Below, in pieces: positions 10,195 through 19,708 of a stretch of 64,000 bases of DNA. The notes below the pieces were generated by a model, which was not told the DNA's origin, did not search any database, and worked only from the letters and a program-made list of their open reading frames with translations. Within the stretch, counting starts at the first letter, position 1; each line of letters opens with the position of its first letter. The translations under genes were made by a program, and so were the position numbers. The stretch lies in assembly GCF_003334765.1 (NCBI RefSeq), contig NZ_QOWT01000002.1; one strand, 5' to 3'. This DNA comes from Escherichia coli (GTDB lineage Bacteria > Pseudomonadota > Gammaproteobacteria > Enterobacterales > Enterobacteriaceae).

Positions 10195-10533
10195 ATGACC
10201 ATTAAAAATAAGATGTTGCTGGGTGCGCTTTTGCTGGTTACCAGTGCCGCCTGGGCCGCACCAGCCACCGCGGGTTCGACCAATACCTCGGGAATTTCTA
10301 AGTATGAGTTAAGTAGTTTCATTGCTGACTTTAAGCATTTCAAACCAGGGGACACCGTACCAGAAATGTACCGTACCGATGAGTACAACATTAAGCAGTG
10401 GCAGTTGCGTAACCTGCCCGCGCCTGATGCCGGGACGCACTGGACCTATATGGGTGGCGCGTACGTGTTGATCAGCGACACCGACGGTAAAATCATTAAA
10501 GCCTACGACGGTGAGATTTTTTATCATCGCTAA
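10195..10533 (+). CDS. rcnB: Periplasmic Ni/Co homeostasis protein RcnB (YohN)
   Basis: ORF 10015..10533; start moved to internal ATG giving MTIKNKMLLGALLLVTSAAWA (signal peptide), about 112 aa. Confidence 0.82.
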   Translation: MTIKNKMLLGALLLVTSAAWAAPATAGSTNTSGISKYELSSFIADFKHFKPGDTVPEMYRTDEYNIKQWQLRNLPAPDAGTHWTYMGGAYVLISDTDGKIIKAYDGEIFYHR

Positions 10534-10560
10534 AAAAAGCCCCCTCATCATGAGGGGGAA
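10532..10560. terminator. Intrinsic terminator hairpin between convergent rcnB and yehA (T-tract on minus strand)
   Basis: GCCCCCTCA-tca-TGAGGGGG stem flanked by an A7 run on plus strand (U-tract for the minus-strand yeh transcript). Confidence 0.5.
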
Positions 10561-10614
10561 ATGCAGACACCTTGTTATTTTTTATTATTAGCCACTTGCT
10601 CGTCTTGCTTGTTA

Positions 10615-11649
10615 TTAGTCGTATTTCACGTTGATTAATGCGGTTGCCTCCAGTGCGCCAGATTTAACTTTGTTTGTATCGTAGACGTAGTAACTGGCTG
10701 TTATCGGAATTGAAACCGTTGTATCTGTAAGTTTTGACTTCGCCGCAACTTCCTTTAAATTTGTATATCCTTTACTGCTGTTAGTGATATTTAAAAGTGT
10801 GACTGGCGAACCATTACTTTCAAGAATAAATCCTACGCCATTATCTTCCGCACCTTTCAGTATTGTGTTGCTGTTGGTTAACAAGTCAGAACTTGATAAA
10901 TACACCTGCATTTTCCGTGATGTTTGATTTTGTTGACCTAATAAATTTTTACAACGCAGAATAATATCCCCTTGTTTACTATTTATTGTTGCTTTGTTAC
11001 CTGTGGCTGGTAATTGTGAAACGGGAATACTGTCTAAAGTAATTAATAAATCGTCCGGTTTGCAGGTTGTGGTTATCGGGTTGTATGACAATGTCAGATT
11101 AAAGGAATAGACACCTGCATTTTGTGCCAATGCATTTCTGTAGCTATTTACACATGCATCCCATGACTTGCCACCTAATAAACACAGTAGAAATTGTACT
11201 GCGGCACTCCCGCGTGTCGATGATGAAGCACTGGATAATGTCGCAACACCATTAATCATCACTGAACCGCCGCCCCCCGCAGAAACATTCACTTTTGCAT
11301 TACTGGCCGCAGGTGTCACCGTAACTGAATAACCACTGGTGAAACTGGTCTGATTATTTGACAACGTGATGTTGTTTTTATTGGTCCATTCAAAATGTAA
11401 ATTTAATTTTATGGTATCGTTATAAAGTCCAACAATAATATCCGACGGGCTCATAGGGGTGATAGTATTTGTACTTACGCATGACGAATCATTAAAATTA
11501 TGCTCATATGTCGCCATTTGTGTTTGAGTAAGTGCAAAATCCCCCTGAACAACCAAGTTGTGCTGAACAGATAACTCACTATAACATGCCGCATAGCTCA
11601 CAGGCATAACCATCATCATTAATATAAATAGCATTATGCGAATTTCCAT
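10615..11649 (-). CDS. yehA: Fimbrial adhesin-like tip subunit of chaperone-usher fimbriae
   Basis: 344-aa ORF with signal peptide; last gene of the minus-strand yehDCBA operon; Ser/Thr/Asn-rich beta-strand protein. Confidence 0.8.
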   Translation of the reverse strand: MEIRIMLFILMMMVMPVSYAACYSELSVQHNLVVQGDFALTQTQMATYEHNFNDSSCVSTNTITPMSPSDIIVGLYNDTIKLNLHFEWTNKNNITLSNNQTSFTSGYSVTVTPAASNAKVNVSAGGGGSVMINGVATLSSASSSTRGSAAVQFLLCLLGGKSWDACVNSYRNALAQNAGVYSFNLTLSYNPITTTCKPDDLLITLDSIPVSQLPATGNKATINSKQGDIILRCKNLLGQQNQTSRKMQVYLSSSDLLTNSNTILKGAEDNGVGFILESNGSPVTLLNITNSSKGYTNLKEVAAKSKLTDTTVSIPITASYYVYDTNKVKSGALEATALINVKYD

Positions 11650-11664
11650 AGAACCACCTGACTA

Positions 11665-14145
11665 TTACTGGCAAATATAATTTCTACTTTCATCAATCTC
11701 TTTACCGAAGGTGATTGTGCATGAAAGTCCTTGTTGCTTATCAATTGCCACATTAACCGATGGCGGTACTTCATTGGTGCGAATAAATAACTGACTTCCC
11801 TGGCCGACAACGCCAATATTATGACCATGGATATCATTGACTTCATAACCAAACGTTAATGATTGCCCATCTGCTCTTAACGCTTTTATAAACCATGGCT
11901 TGCGCTGATCGGTATCAAAATTAACCAGTACAACCGCGCCGCGATAAGGGGCGGCAATTTTCCGGTTGCCACGTAATTCTGCTTCGCTATCGCTTTGCGA
12001 CACATCCAGCATCAGGTGATTTTCCCGATAAGGTGTCATTCCGTCGTATATCACCACTCCATTACGGTTTGTTGTGCGATATTTTTGCCCATTGACATAA
12101 GCATCTTTAATTCCTGGCGCATTCATCACAGCAAACGTTTCGGAAAGACGGTTCGCCAGATTAACGCCACCCGACCAGGCGACAATGCCCCCTGAAACAC
12201 TGGCTCCAGCCTGTCGATAAGTACTCGACTGACTATAACTGCCATTCACTGTCGCAACCGGCGCGTTCCAGGTCAAATTCGCCCCAGCTGTCGTTTCATT
12301 TCCCTGATGTTGATGACTCAGGTTGACACCATAATTGAACTGATCCCGACTCCCTACTGTTCCTGATAATCCCGTATTATTTGAGGCAAACCCCTGATCA
12401 TCAAACGTCGTTGAGTTAGACATATATATTTGCCGACGAGGCGTCGAAACGTCATCACCCCAATCAAAGGGAATCGATATAAAAATATTAAAACGTTTCT
12501 CTTCATGATGATTCTCGTCATAAGCCTGGCTTGCCGCGAGGGTATAGCTTATCCGTCGCAGGTTGTTGGAATAACTCAACTGATAATCCTTACTACTGCC
12601 GCTACGCCCCCAGTAATCTCGCCATAACGTACTTAATGACACAGACCCCCAACCTTCTGGCAATGACTGGCTCATATTGGCGGAAAAGCTATTTTTGCGG
12701 CCAAAATCGTTCTGGTAATAATCGGCAATGTCATAGACATCGTTTTCATCACGGCGATAATTATCTTTGTTGTTTGCCCAAACGTGATCGTTAAATGTCC
12801 GGTAATCACGCGACGAATAACGCCAGGCCGCCAGACCAAAACGCGTCGACGTTTGGCTCACAAATTTGTTGTAGGCAATTTGATAACTTTGCCCGTCAAA
12901 CACATCGCCGTTGTCTTGTTTACTATGCGACTTAGTGGCATCGACGGAAATGGCACCAATGCGTGTATTCCAGCCAGCCCCCAAAGTAAACGCGTAATAA
13001 TTATTCGCGACCATCGAGCCACCATACAGCGTCAATAAATTATTAAAACCATACTGATAACCCGCCTGGACAAAATCACTTTGTTTGCTCGCCCCTTCAA
13101 TATGGCTACGACCCGCCGCTAAATCATATTTCGACACGCCGGGTTGCAGCATATTTGGCACCGCTGCATAAGGCACCAGATAGGTGGTTACCGAGCCGTC
13201 CGCCTCTTTCACGCTGACATCAAGATCTGCTCCACCACCGGCCAACTGCAAATCTGTAATCGCGAACGGGCCAGGAGGAACCTCTTTCTGATAAACGACA
13301 AAACCATTCTGTTCAATAGTTACCAGCGCGTTACTCTGAGCAATCCCCTGCACCCGTGGCGTAAAATTTTGTTTCGAGTTAGGCAACATCTGCATATCAC
13401 GAAACAACCGCACACCTCTGAAGCGAACAGAATCAAAAATATCGCTTGATGTGTACATATCACCCACGCGAAGCGTGCCGAGAAGTTGGGCAAATCCACG
13501 TTCCAGATACAGGGTATTGCTTTTCCACACCCCTGGATTGTTATTTGTTTTACTGAAACTGGCATCAGAATGCAGTTGCCACCCCAGTAAATTTAACCCG
13601 CTGTTAAAACGTACATATGTACTCTTGTTATTACCCGACGCTTTATAGTCGCTGTAATACTGACTCAGATAATAAGAGGTATAAAACGCATTAATACCCC
13701 GCTCCCAGTTTTCCGGTGGAACATAGCCACTTTCCAGTTCTTCCACCCAGGCCTGCGGGACACTGAAATCGAGACGAAAAACCCCGATATCCCAGGTATA
13801 GCTCCCACCCTGAACAAGTTGCTCAAATGTTAAACATTGCTTACCGCTGGCGAAGTTATCGCTATTAATGCCTAACCGCTTGATAACTTCTCTTGATAAA
13901 CATGTTTCTTGCGGGTTGTCTTTAACAATAATCTCATATTTCCCGCGCCATTGCTTATTGACATAAATATCGATGTCATACTGCCCCGGTAAGGGTTGAT
14001 TATCATCAAGACGAATATTTGCAACCTGCTGGTCTTTCATTCCACCTATCATAAAATGGGTATCAAAGGTTTCTTCAGCTGCATAAGCTTCAATGCCGAG
14101 CAATAACGCTACGATTGCTGATGCAAGTGGGGTCATTCTCAACAT
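11665..14145 (-). CDS. yehB: Outer-membrane fimbrial usher
   Basis: ORF 11665..14160 (about 826 aa from second Met MLRMTPLASA...); size and composition typical of FimD/PapC-type ushers. Confidence 0.85.
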   Translation of the reverse strand: MLRMTPLASAIVALLLGIEAYAAEETFDTHFMIGGMKDQQVANIRLDDNQPLPGQYDIDIYVNKQWRGKYEIIVKDNPQETCLSREVIKRLGINSDNFASGKQCLTFEQLVQGGSYTWDIGVFRLDFSVPQAWVEELESGYVPPENWERGINAFYTSYYLSQYYSDYKASGNNKSTYVRFNSGLNLLGWQLHSDASFSKTNNNPGVWKSNTLYLERGFAQLLGTLRVGDMYTSSDIFDSVRFRGVRLFRDMQMLPNSKQNFTPRVQGIAQSNALVTIEQNGFVVYQKEVPPGPFAITDLQLAGGGADLDVSVKEADGSVTTYLVPYAAVPNMLQPGVSKYDLAAGRSHIEGASKQSDFVQAGYQYGFNNLLTLYGGSMVANNYYAFTLGAGWNTRIGAISVDATKSHSKQDNGDVFDGQSYQIAYNKFVSQTSTRFGLAAWRYSSRDYRTFNDHVWANNKDNYRRDENDVYDIADYYQNDFGRKNSFSANMSQSLPEGWGSVSLSTLWRDYWGRSGSSKDYQLSYSNNLRRISYTLAASQAYDENHHEEKRFNIFISIPFDWGDDVSTPRRQIYMSNSTTFDDQGFASNNTGLSGTVGSRDQFNYGVNLSHQHQGNETTAGANLTWNAPVATVNGSYSQSSTYRQAGASVSGGIVAWSGGVNLANRLSETFAVMNAPGIKDAYVNGQKYRTTNRNGVVIYDGMTPYRENHLMLDVSQSDSEAELRGNRKIAAPYRGAVVLVNFDTDQRKPWFIKALRADGQSLTFGYEVNDIHGHNIGVVGQGSQLFIRTNEVPPSVNVAIDKQQGLSCTITFGKEIDESRNYICQ

Positions 14146-14160
14146 AGGCAGCTCCTGCAA

Positions 14161-14880
14161 TTAAATTTTGTCACTAATATAGTTGCCATGGTCATCGATA
14201 ATGGTCAGATGCCAGTTATTTGCATTATTACTTTTGACATTAACACTCTGACTTTCTAAGGGGGCAATCATAATAGTTTCATAATTGACTTTGACATTAT
14301 TAGCTTTGACATCCGAAATCGTCACCCAATTAGCTGAGTCATTTTTTATCACCAAACCATTGCCACTGCGATTTACCAGCAATTTTTTAAATGTCGCTTT
14401 ATTTACCGGAGCAATACCCGCTGGCCGGTAAAACAACTTAATTCTGTTTTGCATCGCAAACTTCAGTGCATTCTTACCTTCTTGCTCTGGACTATTTGGT
14501 GGAATATCCAGAACATTCAGATAAAAAATGCTTTCTTTATTAGTGGGCAGTTTATTCGGCATAATTTTGATTTTTACTTGCTGCCCGGAATTTGCCCCTA
14601 TTTTTGCCACTGGTGGCGTTAACATGAAAGGAACCTGAATTTTTTCTGGTGGTAATGACGTATCGCCATCATCAATCCACGCCTGCAGCAGCGAAGAACG
14701 GTTTCCCTGGTTCATCAACTGCACCATCACTTCTTTATTTTCTGCCGGGTAAATAATGCGCGTCCCGTAGATAACAATTCCGGCATGTGCAGGAAGGACC
14801 ATAGAAAAAATGAGTAAAGATAATAATCCTTTCATTTTAATGCCTCTTAAATTAAAAGGCCGCCATGGGATAGCGGCCAT
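14161..14880 (-). CDS. yehC: Periplasmic fimbrial chaperone (PapD/FimC-like)
   Basis: 239-aa ORF; signal peptide after internal Met (MKGLLSLLIFSMVLPAHA); true start may be the internal Met. Confidence 0.82.
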   Translation of the reverse strand: MAAIPWRPFNLRGIKMKGLLSLLIFSMVLPAHAGIVIYGTRIIYPAENKEVMVQLMNQGNRSSLLQAWIDDGDTSLPPEKIQVPFMLTPPVAKIGANSGQQVKIKIMPNKLPTNKESIFYLNVLDIPPNSPEQEGKNALKFAMQNRIKLFYRPAGIAPVNKATFKKLLVNRSGNGLVIKNDSANWVTISDVKANNVKVNYETIMIAPLESQSVNVKSNNANNWHLTIIDDHGNYISDKI

Positions 14881-14914
14881 GTTTATTACCTGGAGAAACT
14901 TACAATTTTATTTA

Positions 14915-15457
14915 TTAATCCTGCGCCACACGCATAACCAGAGAAGATAACACATCACCTGATTGCACTGAGTTATCTGTCAGTTTCAGGTATTTTGCTT
15001 TAAACGGAATAGCATATTGACCTTCCGCTGTTTTATAACTCTCAATGTTAAAAGGTGCAGAAACATCCAGGACATCGCTGTTATCACCTAAATAGAGATA
15101 GTAACCCACGGTATCGTTGCTACTGGCTATCGCCTTATCGTTACCGGTTATTTTATCGTTGGTAATCAACGAGAGTTTTACACCAGCAACTTCTTTCGGG
15201 CAGCTAATTTTTAACATGCTGCTGGTTACACCGACTGCATCATCATAGGTAGAATATTTAGCTTTACCTTCAAAGACACTGGTTGGTACAGTCGGCATAT
15301 TAATACTTACTGAATCACCACCCGCTTCGAATTTACACGGAGATTGTGCAATATTCCCCTTAATAGTTAATGTTCCGGTATCAACGTCTGCAGCAAATAC
15401 TCCAGCGCTCATAAAAAAAGAAGAAAAGACAGCGACAGCAATAATTGAACGTTTCAT
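14915..15457 (-). CDS. yehD: Major fimbrial subunit (pilin)
   Basis: 180-aa ORF with signal peptide MKRSIIAVAVFSSFFMSAGVFA; first gene of the operon, AT-rich upstream region. Confidence 0.85.
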   Translation of the reverse strand: MKRSIIAVAVFSSFFMSAGVFAADVDTGTLTIKGNIAQSPCKFEAGGDSVSINMPTVPTSVFEGKAKYSTYDDAVGVTSSMLKISCPKEVAGVKLSLITNDKITGNDKAIASSNDTVGYYLYLGDNSDVLDVSAPFNIESYKTAEGQYAIPFKAKYLKLTDNSVQSGDVLSSLVMRVAQD

Positions 15458-15680
15458 AATATGTTCCTTAATAAAATTTATTTTTGGTTGTTAAGAGTCT
15501 GTATCTCTTGGAAACAAATTTCTCACATCAAAAAAGTTGCCGCAATGTAAACACATTGTTTTATTGATTTAAAACAAATTAACCATTGCAATATAAATAC
15601 AACAAATATTTAAGAGTATTAACTATTTATCGCATCTATCAATTAATGTAGATTTATGTAAATGGTATTGTTGATATCAA

Positions 15681-15720
15681 TAAAAAAGCCGAAATCATTT
15701 ATATAAATGATTTCGGCTTT
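15681..15720 (-). terminator. Intrinsic terminator downstream of yehE
   Basis: Hairpin GCCGAAATCATTT-atat-AAATGATTTCGGC followed by a U-tract on the minus strand. Confidence 0.55.
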
Positions 15721-15749
15721 CTAAATGCAATTAAAATCAGGTTGCCAAA

Positions 15750-16031
15750 TTAATCGTAGCGATTTAACACGATTCGACGTTTGCTATCGCTACCTGCAAC
15801 AACCACTTCTGTCGTTACACCTTTGACGGGCGAAGAAAACAGATGACGGGTGTCAACATTATACGTTAACTGACCACAATGCTGTTGAGGTTGACCATTA
15901 ACCATAGCCATACTGCATGTTGGGGGACTGATCCTGCCATTAATCGCTAATGTGGCAGTCTCTGAAGAGAATGCGGGAGAAGCCAATCCATAGGCAAGAA
16001 AAATAATTCCTGACAGCCAATACTTATTCAT
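15750..16031 (-). CDS. yehE: Small secreted protein of unknown function (DUF2574-like)
   Basis: 93-aa ORF with signal peptide MNKYWLSGIIFLAYGLASPAFS. Confidence 0.75.
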   Translation of the reverse strand: MNKYWLSGIIFLAYGLASPAFSSETATLAINGRISPPTCSMAMVNGQPQQHCGQLTYNVDTRHLFSSPVKGVTTEVVVAGSDSKRRIVLNRYD

Positions 16032-16293
16032 TGAACGTTATCCCTGTAGTAAAGGTTATGCCTGGATAGAATGAGTGCATAACAAACTATAGCTGTACAT
16101 CCACTACACAGCCACGAAGGATGATAATGAAGCATTGCCTGTATGATCAATCGACTTTGTAGAGTTTCGGACGAAGGTCCGCAGAATATTCGCAGTATTA
16201 AATAAGTGTTCATTAATGCGGCAAAAACTAATACACCGCATCAATGTAACATCTCTGCGGTGTATGAAGAATAACCAGAATGGTTAATAGGCG

Positions 16294-17403
16294 TTAGACC
16301 GCGCGGAAGGAAATCTCGCCTGGAATGACTTCACCCTGCCAGTAGAGCTGAGCTGCAACGCGGTCAGCCAGCTGGCGGTAGATAGCGGTAAATTCGCTCT
16401 CCGGACGGCTGATAACCGTTGGCGTACCTTTATCGAGATCCTCACGTAAGGAGATGTGTAACGGCATCTGCCCCAGCAGCTGTGTATGGTATTTTTCAGC
16501 CAGTTTCTCTGCACCACCGGTACCGAAAATCGGTTCATGGTGACCACAGTTACTGCAAATATGCACACTCATGTTCTCGACAATACCGAGCACCGGAACC
16601 TCGACTTTCTCGAACATCACAATGCCTTTTTTCGCATCGATCAGCGCGATGTCCTGCGGGGTGGTGACCACGACTGCACCGGTTACTGGAATGTTTTGCG
16701 CCAGCGTCAATTGAATGTCACCGGTGCCTGGCGGCATATCAAGCACCAGATAGTCGAGATCCGGCCACAAGGTTTCCTGCAACATCTGCATTAACGCCTT
16801 GCTCGCCATCGGTCCACGCCACACCATCGCATTGTCGTCAGTGACCAGATAACCAATTGAATTGGTTGCCAGGCCATGAGACATAATCGGTGCCATATGG
16901 GTACCGTCCGGCGAAGTTGGACGCTGATTTTCTGCGCCCAACATTGTTGGGATTGATGGGCCGTAGATATCGGCGTCCAGAATGCCGACTTTCGCCCCTT
17001 CTGCCGCCAGCGCCAGTGCCAGGTTTACCGCCGTGGACGATTTACCCACGCCGCCTTTACCGGAACTCACCGCGATAATGTTCTTCACACCGTTAATTCC
17101 CGGCTGATTCTTCACGCGTTTCAGAGTGGCTATGTTATGCGACAGTTTCCAGTCGATAGCTTTCGCCCCGGTGATGCGCAGCAGTTCGGCGCTACATTGC
17201 TCTTTTAACTCTTCGAACGCGCTATGCCAGACAAACGGCATAACCAGTTCCACATGCAACGTGTCGTCCATCCAGGCGACATGGTGCAACGCTTTCAGCG
17301 TGGTGAGGTTATGCTTCAGGGTTGGGTGCTGAAAATTGGCCAGTGTCCCGGCGACCATTGCGCGCAAGGCTTCTGGTGATTTGGCCTGGGATTGTTCGTT
17401 CAT
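16294..17403 (-). CDS. mrp: Fe-S cluster carrier P-loop ATPase Mrp/ApbC
   Basis: ORF 16294..17433; start set to MNEQSQAKSPEALRAM...; Walker A SGKGGVGKS; C-terminal CSNCGH motif. Confidence 0.9.
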   Translation of the reverse strand: MNEQSQAKSPEALRAMVAGTLANFQHPTLKHNLTTLKALHHVAWMDDTLHVELVMPFVWHSAFEELKEQCSAELLRITGAKAIDWKLSHNIATLKRVKNQPGINGVKNIIAVSSGKGGVGKSSTAVNLALALAAEGAKVGILDADIYGPSIPTMLGAENQRPTSPDGTHMAPIMSHGLATNSIGYLVTDDNAMVWRGPMASKALMQMLQETLWPDLDYLVLDMPPGTGDIQLTLAQNIPVTGAVVVTTPQDIALIDAKKGIVMFEKVEVPVLGIVENMSVHICSNCGHHEPIFGTGGAEKLAEKYHTQLLGQMPLHISLREDLDKGTPTVISRPESEFTAIYRQLADRVAAQLYWQGEVIPGEISFRAV

Positions 17404-17534
17404 CCCGACTCCTTTTTTGTATAGATAAACCATCAGCTGATAGTTTACCTGAAGAATATAGAGAAGTACTTACTTAACATTTTCCCATTTGGTACTATCT
17501 AACCCCTTTTCACTATTAAGAAGTAATGCCTACT

Positions 17535-19568
17535 ATGACTCAAGTCGCGAAGAAAATTCTGGTGACGTGCGCACTGCCGTACGCTAACGGCTCAATCCAC
17601 CTCGGCCATATGCTGGAGCACATCCAGGCTGATGTCTGGGTCCGTTACCAGCGAATGCGCGGCCACGAGGTCAACTTCATCTGCGCCGACGATGCCCACG
17701 GTACACCGATCATGCTGAAAGCTCAGCAGCTTGGTATCACCCCGGAGCAGATGATTGGCGAAATGAGTCAGGAGCATCAGACTGATTTCGCAGGCTTTAA
17801 CATCAGCTATGACAACTATCACTCGACGCACAGCGAAGAGAACCGCCAGTTGTCAGAACTTATCTACTCTCGCCTGAAAGAGAACGGTTTTATTAAAAAC
17901 CGCACCATCTCTCAGCTGTACGATCCGGAAAAAGGCATGTTCCTGCCGGACCGTTTTGTGAAAGGCACCTGCCCGAAATGTAAATCCCCGGATCAATACG
18001 GCGATAACTGCGAAGTCTGCGGCGCGACCTACAGCCCGACTGAATTGATCGAGCCGAAATCGGTGGTTTCTGGCGCTACGCCGGTAATGCGTGATTCTGA
18101 ACACTTCTTCTTTGATCTGCCCTCTTTCAGCGAAATGTTGCAGGCATGGACCCGCAGCGGTGCGTTGCAGGAGCAGGTGGCAAATAAAATGCAGGAGTGG
18201 TTTGAATCCGGCCTGCAACAGTGGGATATCTCCCGCGACGCGCCATACTTTGGTTTTGAAATTCCGAACGCGCCGGGCAAATATTTCTACGTCTGGCTGG
18301 ACGCACCGATTGGCTACATGGGTTCTTTCAAGAATCTGTGCGACAAGCGCGGCGACAGCGTAAGCTTCGATGAATACTGGAAGAAAGACTCCACCGCCGA
18401 GCTGTACCACTTCATCGGTAAAGATATCGTTTACTTCCACAGCCTGTTCTGGCCTGCCATGCTGGAAGGCAGCAACTTCCGCAAGCCGACCAACCTGTTT
18501 GTTCATGGCTATGTGACGGTGAACGGCGCGAAGATGTCCAAGTCTCGCGGCACCTTTATTAAAGCCAGCACCTGGCTGAATCATTTTGACGCTGACAGCC
18601 TGCGTTACTACTACACTGCGAAACTCTCTTCGCGCATTGATGATATCGATCTCAACCTGGAGGATTTCGTTCAGCGCGTGAATGCCGATATCGTTAACAA
18701 AGTGGTTAACCTGGCCTCCCGTAACGCGGGCTTTATCAACAAACGTTTTGACGGCGTGCTGGCAAACGAACTGGCTGACCCGCAGTTGTACAAAACCTTC
18801 ACTGATGCCGCTGAAGTGATTGGTGAAGCGTGGGAAAGCCGTGAATTTGGTAAAGCTGTGCGCGAAATCATGGCGCTGGCTGATCTGGCTAACCGCTATG
18901 TCGATGAACAGGCTCCGTGGGTAGTCGCAAAACAGGAAGGTCGCGATGCTGACCTGCAGGCGATTTGCTCAATGGGCATCAACCTGTTCCGCGTGCTGAT
19001 GACTTACCTGAAGCCGGTACTGCCGAAACTGACCGAGCGTGCAGAAGCCTTCCTCAATACGGAACTGACCTGGGATGGTATCCAGCAACCGCTGCTGGGC
19101 CACAAAGTGAATCCGTTCAAGGCGCTGTATAACCGCATCGATATGAAACAGGTTGAAGCTCTGGTGGAAGCCTCTAAAGAAGAAGTGAAAGCAGCTGCCG
19201 CGCCAGTTACTGGCCCACTGGCAGATGATCCGATTCAGGAAACCATCACCTTTGACGACTTCGCCAAAGTTGACCTGCGCGTAGCGCTGATCGAAAACGC
19301 AGAGTTTGTTGAAGGTTCTGACAAACTGCTGCGCCTGACACTGGATCTCGGCGGTGAAAAACGCAATGTCTTCTCCGGTATTCGTTCTGCCTACCCGGAT
19401 CCGCAGGCACTGATTGGTCGTCACACCATTATGGTGGCTAACCTGGCACCACGTAAAATGCGCTTTGGAATCTCCGAAGGCATGGTGATGGCTGCCGGTC
19501 CAGGCGGGAAAGATATCTTCCTGCTAAGCCCGGATGCTGGTGCTAAACCGGGTCATCAGGTGAAATAA
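17535..19568 (+). CDS. metG: Methionyl-tRNA synthetase
   Basis: ORF 17526..19568; [29 protein letters not shown] (HIGH motif), KMSKS motif, zinc knuckle CPKC...CEVCG. Confidence 0.95.
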   Translation: MTQVAKKILVTCALPYANGSIHLGHMLEHIQADVWVRYQRMRGHEVNFICADDAHGTPIMLKAQQLGITPEQMIGEMSQEHQTDFAGFNISYDNYHSTHSEENRQLSELIYSRLKENGFIKNRTISQLYDPEKGMFLPDRFVKGTCPKCKSPDQYGDNCEVCGATYSPTELIEPKSVVSGATPVMRDSEHFFFDLPSFSEMLQAWTRSGALQEQVANKMQEWFESGLQQWDISRDAPYFGFEIPNAPGKYFYVWLDAPIGYMGSFKNLCDKRGDSVSFDEYWKKDSTAELYHFIGKDIVYFHSLFWPAMLEGSNFRKPTNLFVHGYVTVNGAKMSKSRGTFIKASTWLNHFDADSLRYYYTAKLSSRIDDIDLNLEDFVQRVNADIVNKVVNLASRNAGFINKRFDGVLANELADPQLYKTFTDAAEVIGEAWESREFGKAVREIMALADLANRYVDEQAPWVVAKQEGRDADLQAICSMGINLFRVLMTYLKPVLPKLTERAEAFLNTELTWDGIQQPLLGHKVNPFKALYNRIDMKQVEALVEASKEEVKAAAAPVTGPLADDPIQETITFDDFAKVDLRVALIENAEFVEGSDKLLRLTLDLGGEKRNVFSGIRSAYPDPQALIGRHTIMVANLAPRKMRFGISEGMVMAAGPGGKDIFLLSPDAGAKPGHQVK

Positions 19569-19577
19569 TCCCCCTTC

Positions 19578-19609
19578 AAGGCGCTGCATCGACAGCGCCT
19601 TTTCTTTAT
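19578..19609 (+). terminator. Intrinsic terminator after metG
   Basis: AAGGCGCTG-catcga-CAGCGCCTT stem followed by TTCTTTAT. Confidence 0.6.
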
Positions 19610-19708
19610 AAATTCCTAAAGTTGTTTTCTTGCGATTTTGTCTCTCTCTAACCCGCATAAATACTGGTAGCATCTGCATTCAACTGGATAAAATTACAGG
19701 GATGCAGA

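Noticed and set aside
10615-15457. yehABCD as the novel system
   Set aside because: Recognisable classical chaperone-usher fimbrial operon (pilin, PapD-like chaperone, usher, adhesin); cryptic but not undescribed.
17853-18584. 243-aa minus-strand ORF inside metG
   Set aside because: Lies entirely antisense to the strongly supported metG CDS; Arg/Ala-rich composition typical of a GC-driven spurious frame.
19611-19708. Sigma-70 promoter for molR (TTGCGA ... TAAATA)
   Set aside because: Hexamers are present, but the spacer is about 22 nt, too long for a confident call without transcript data.
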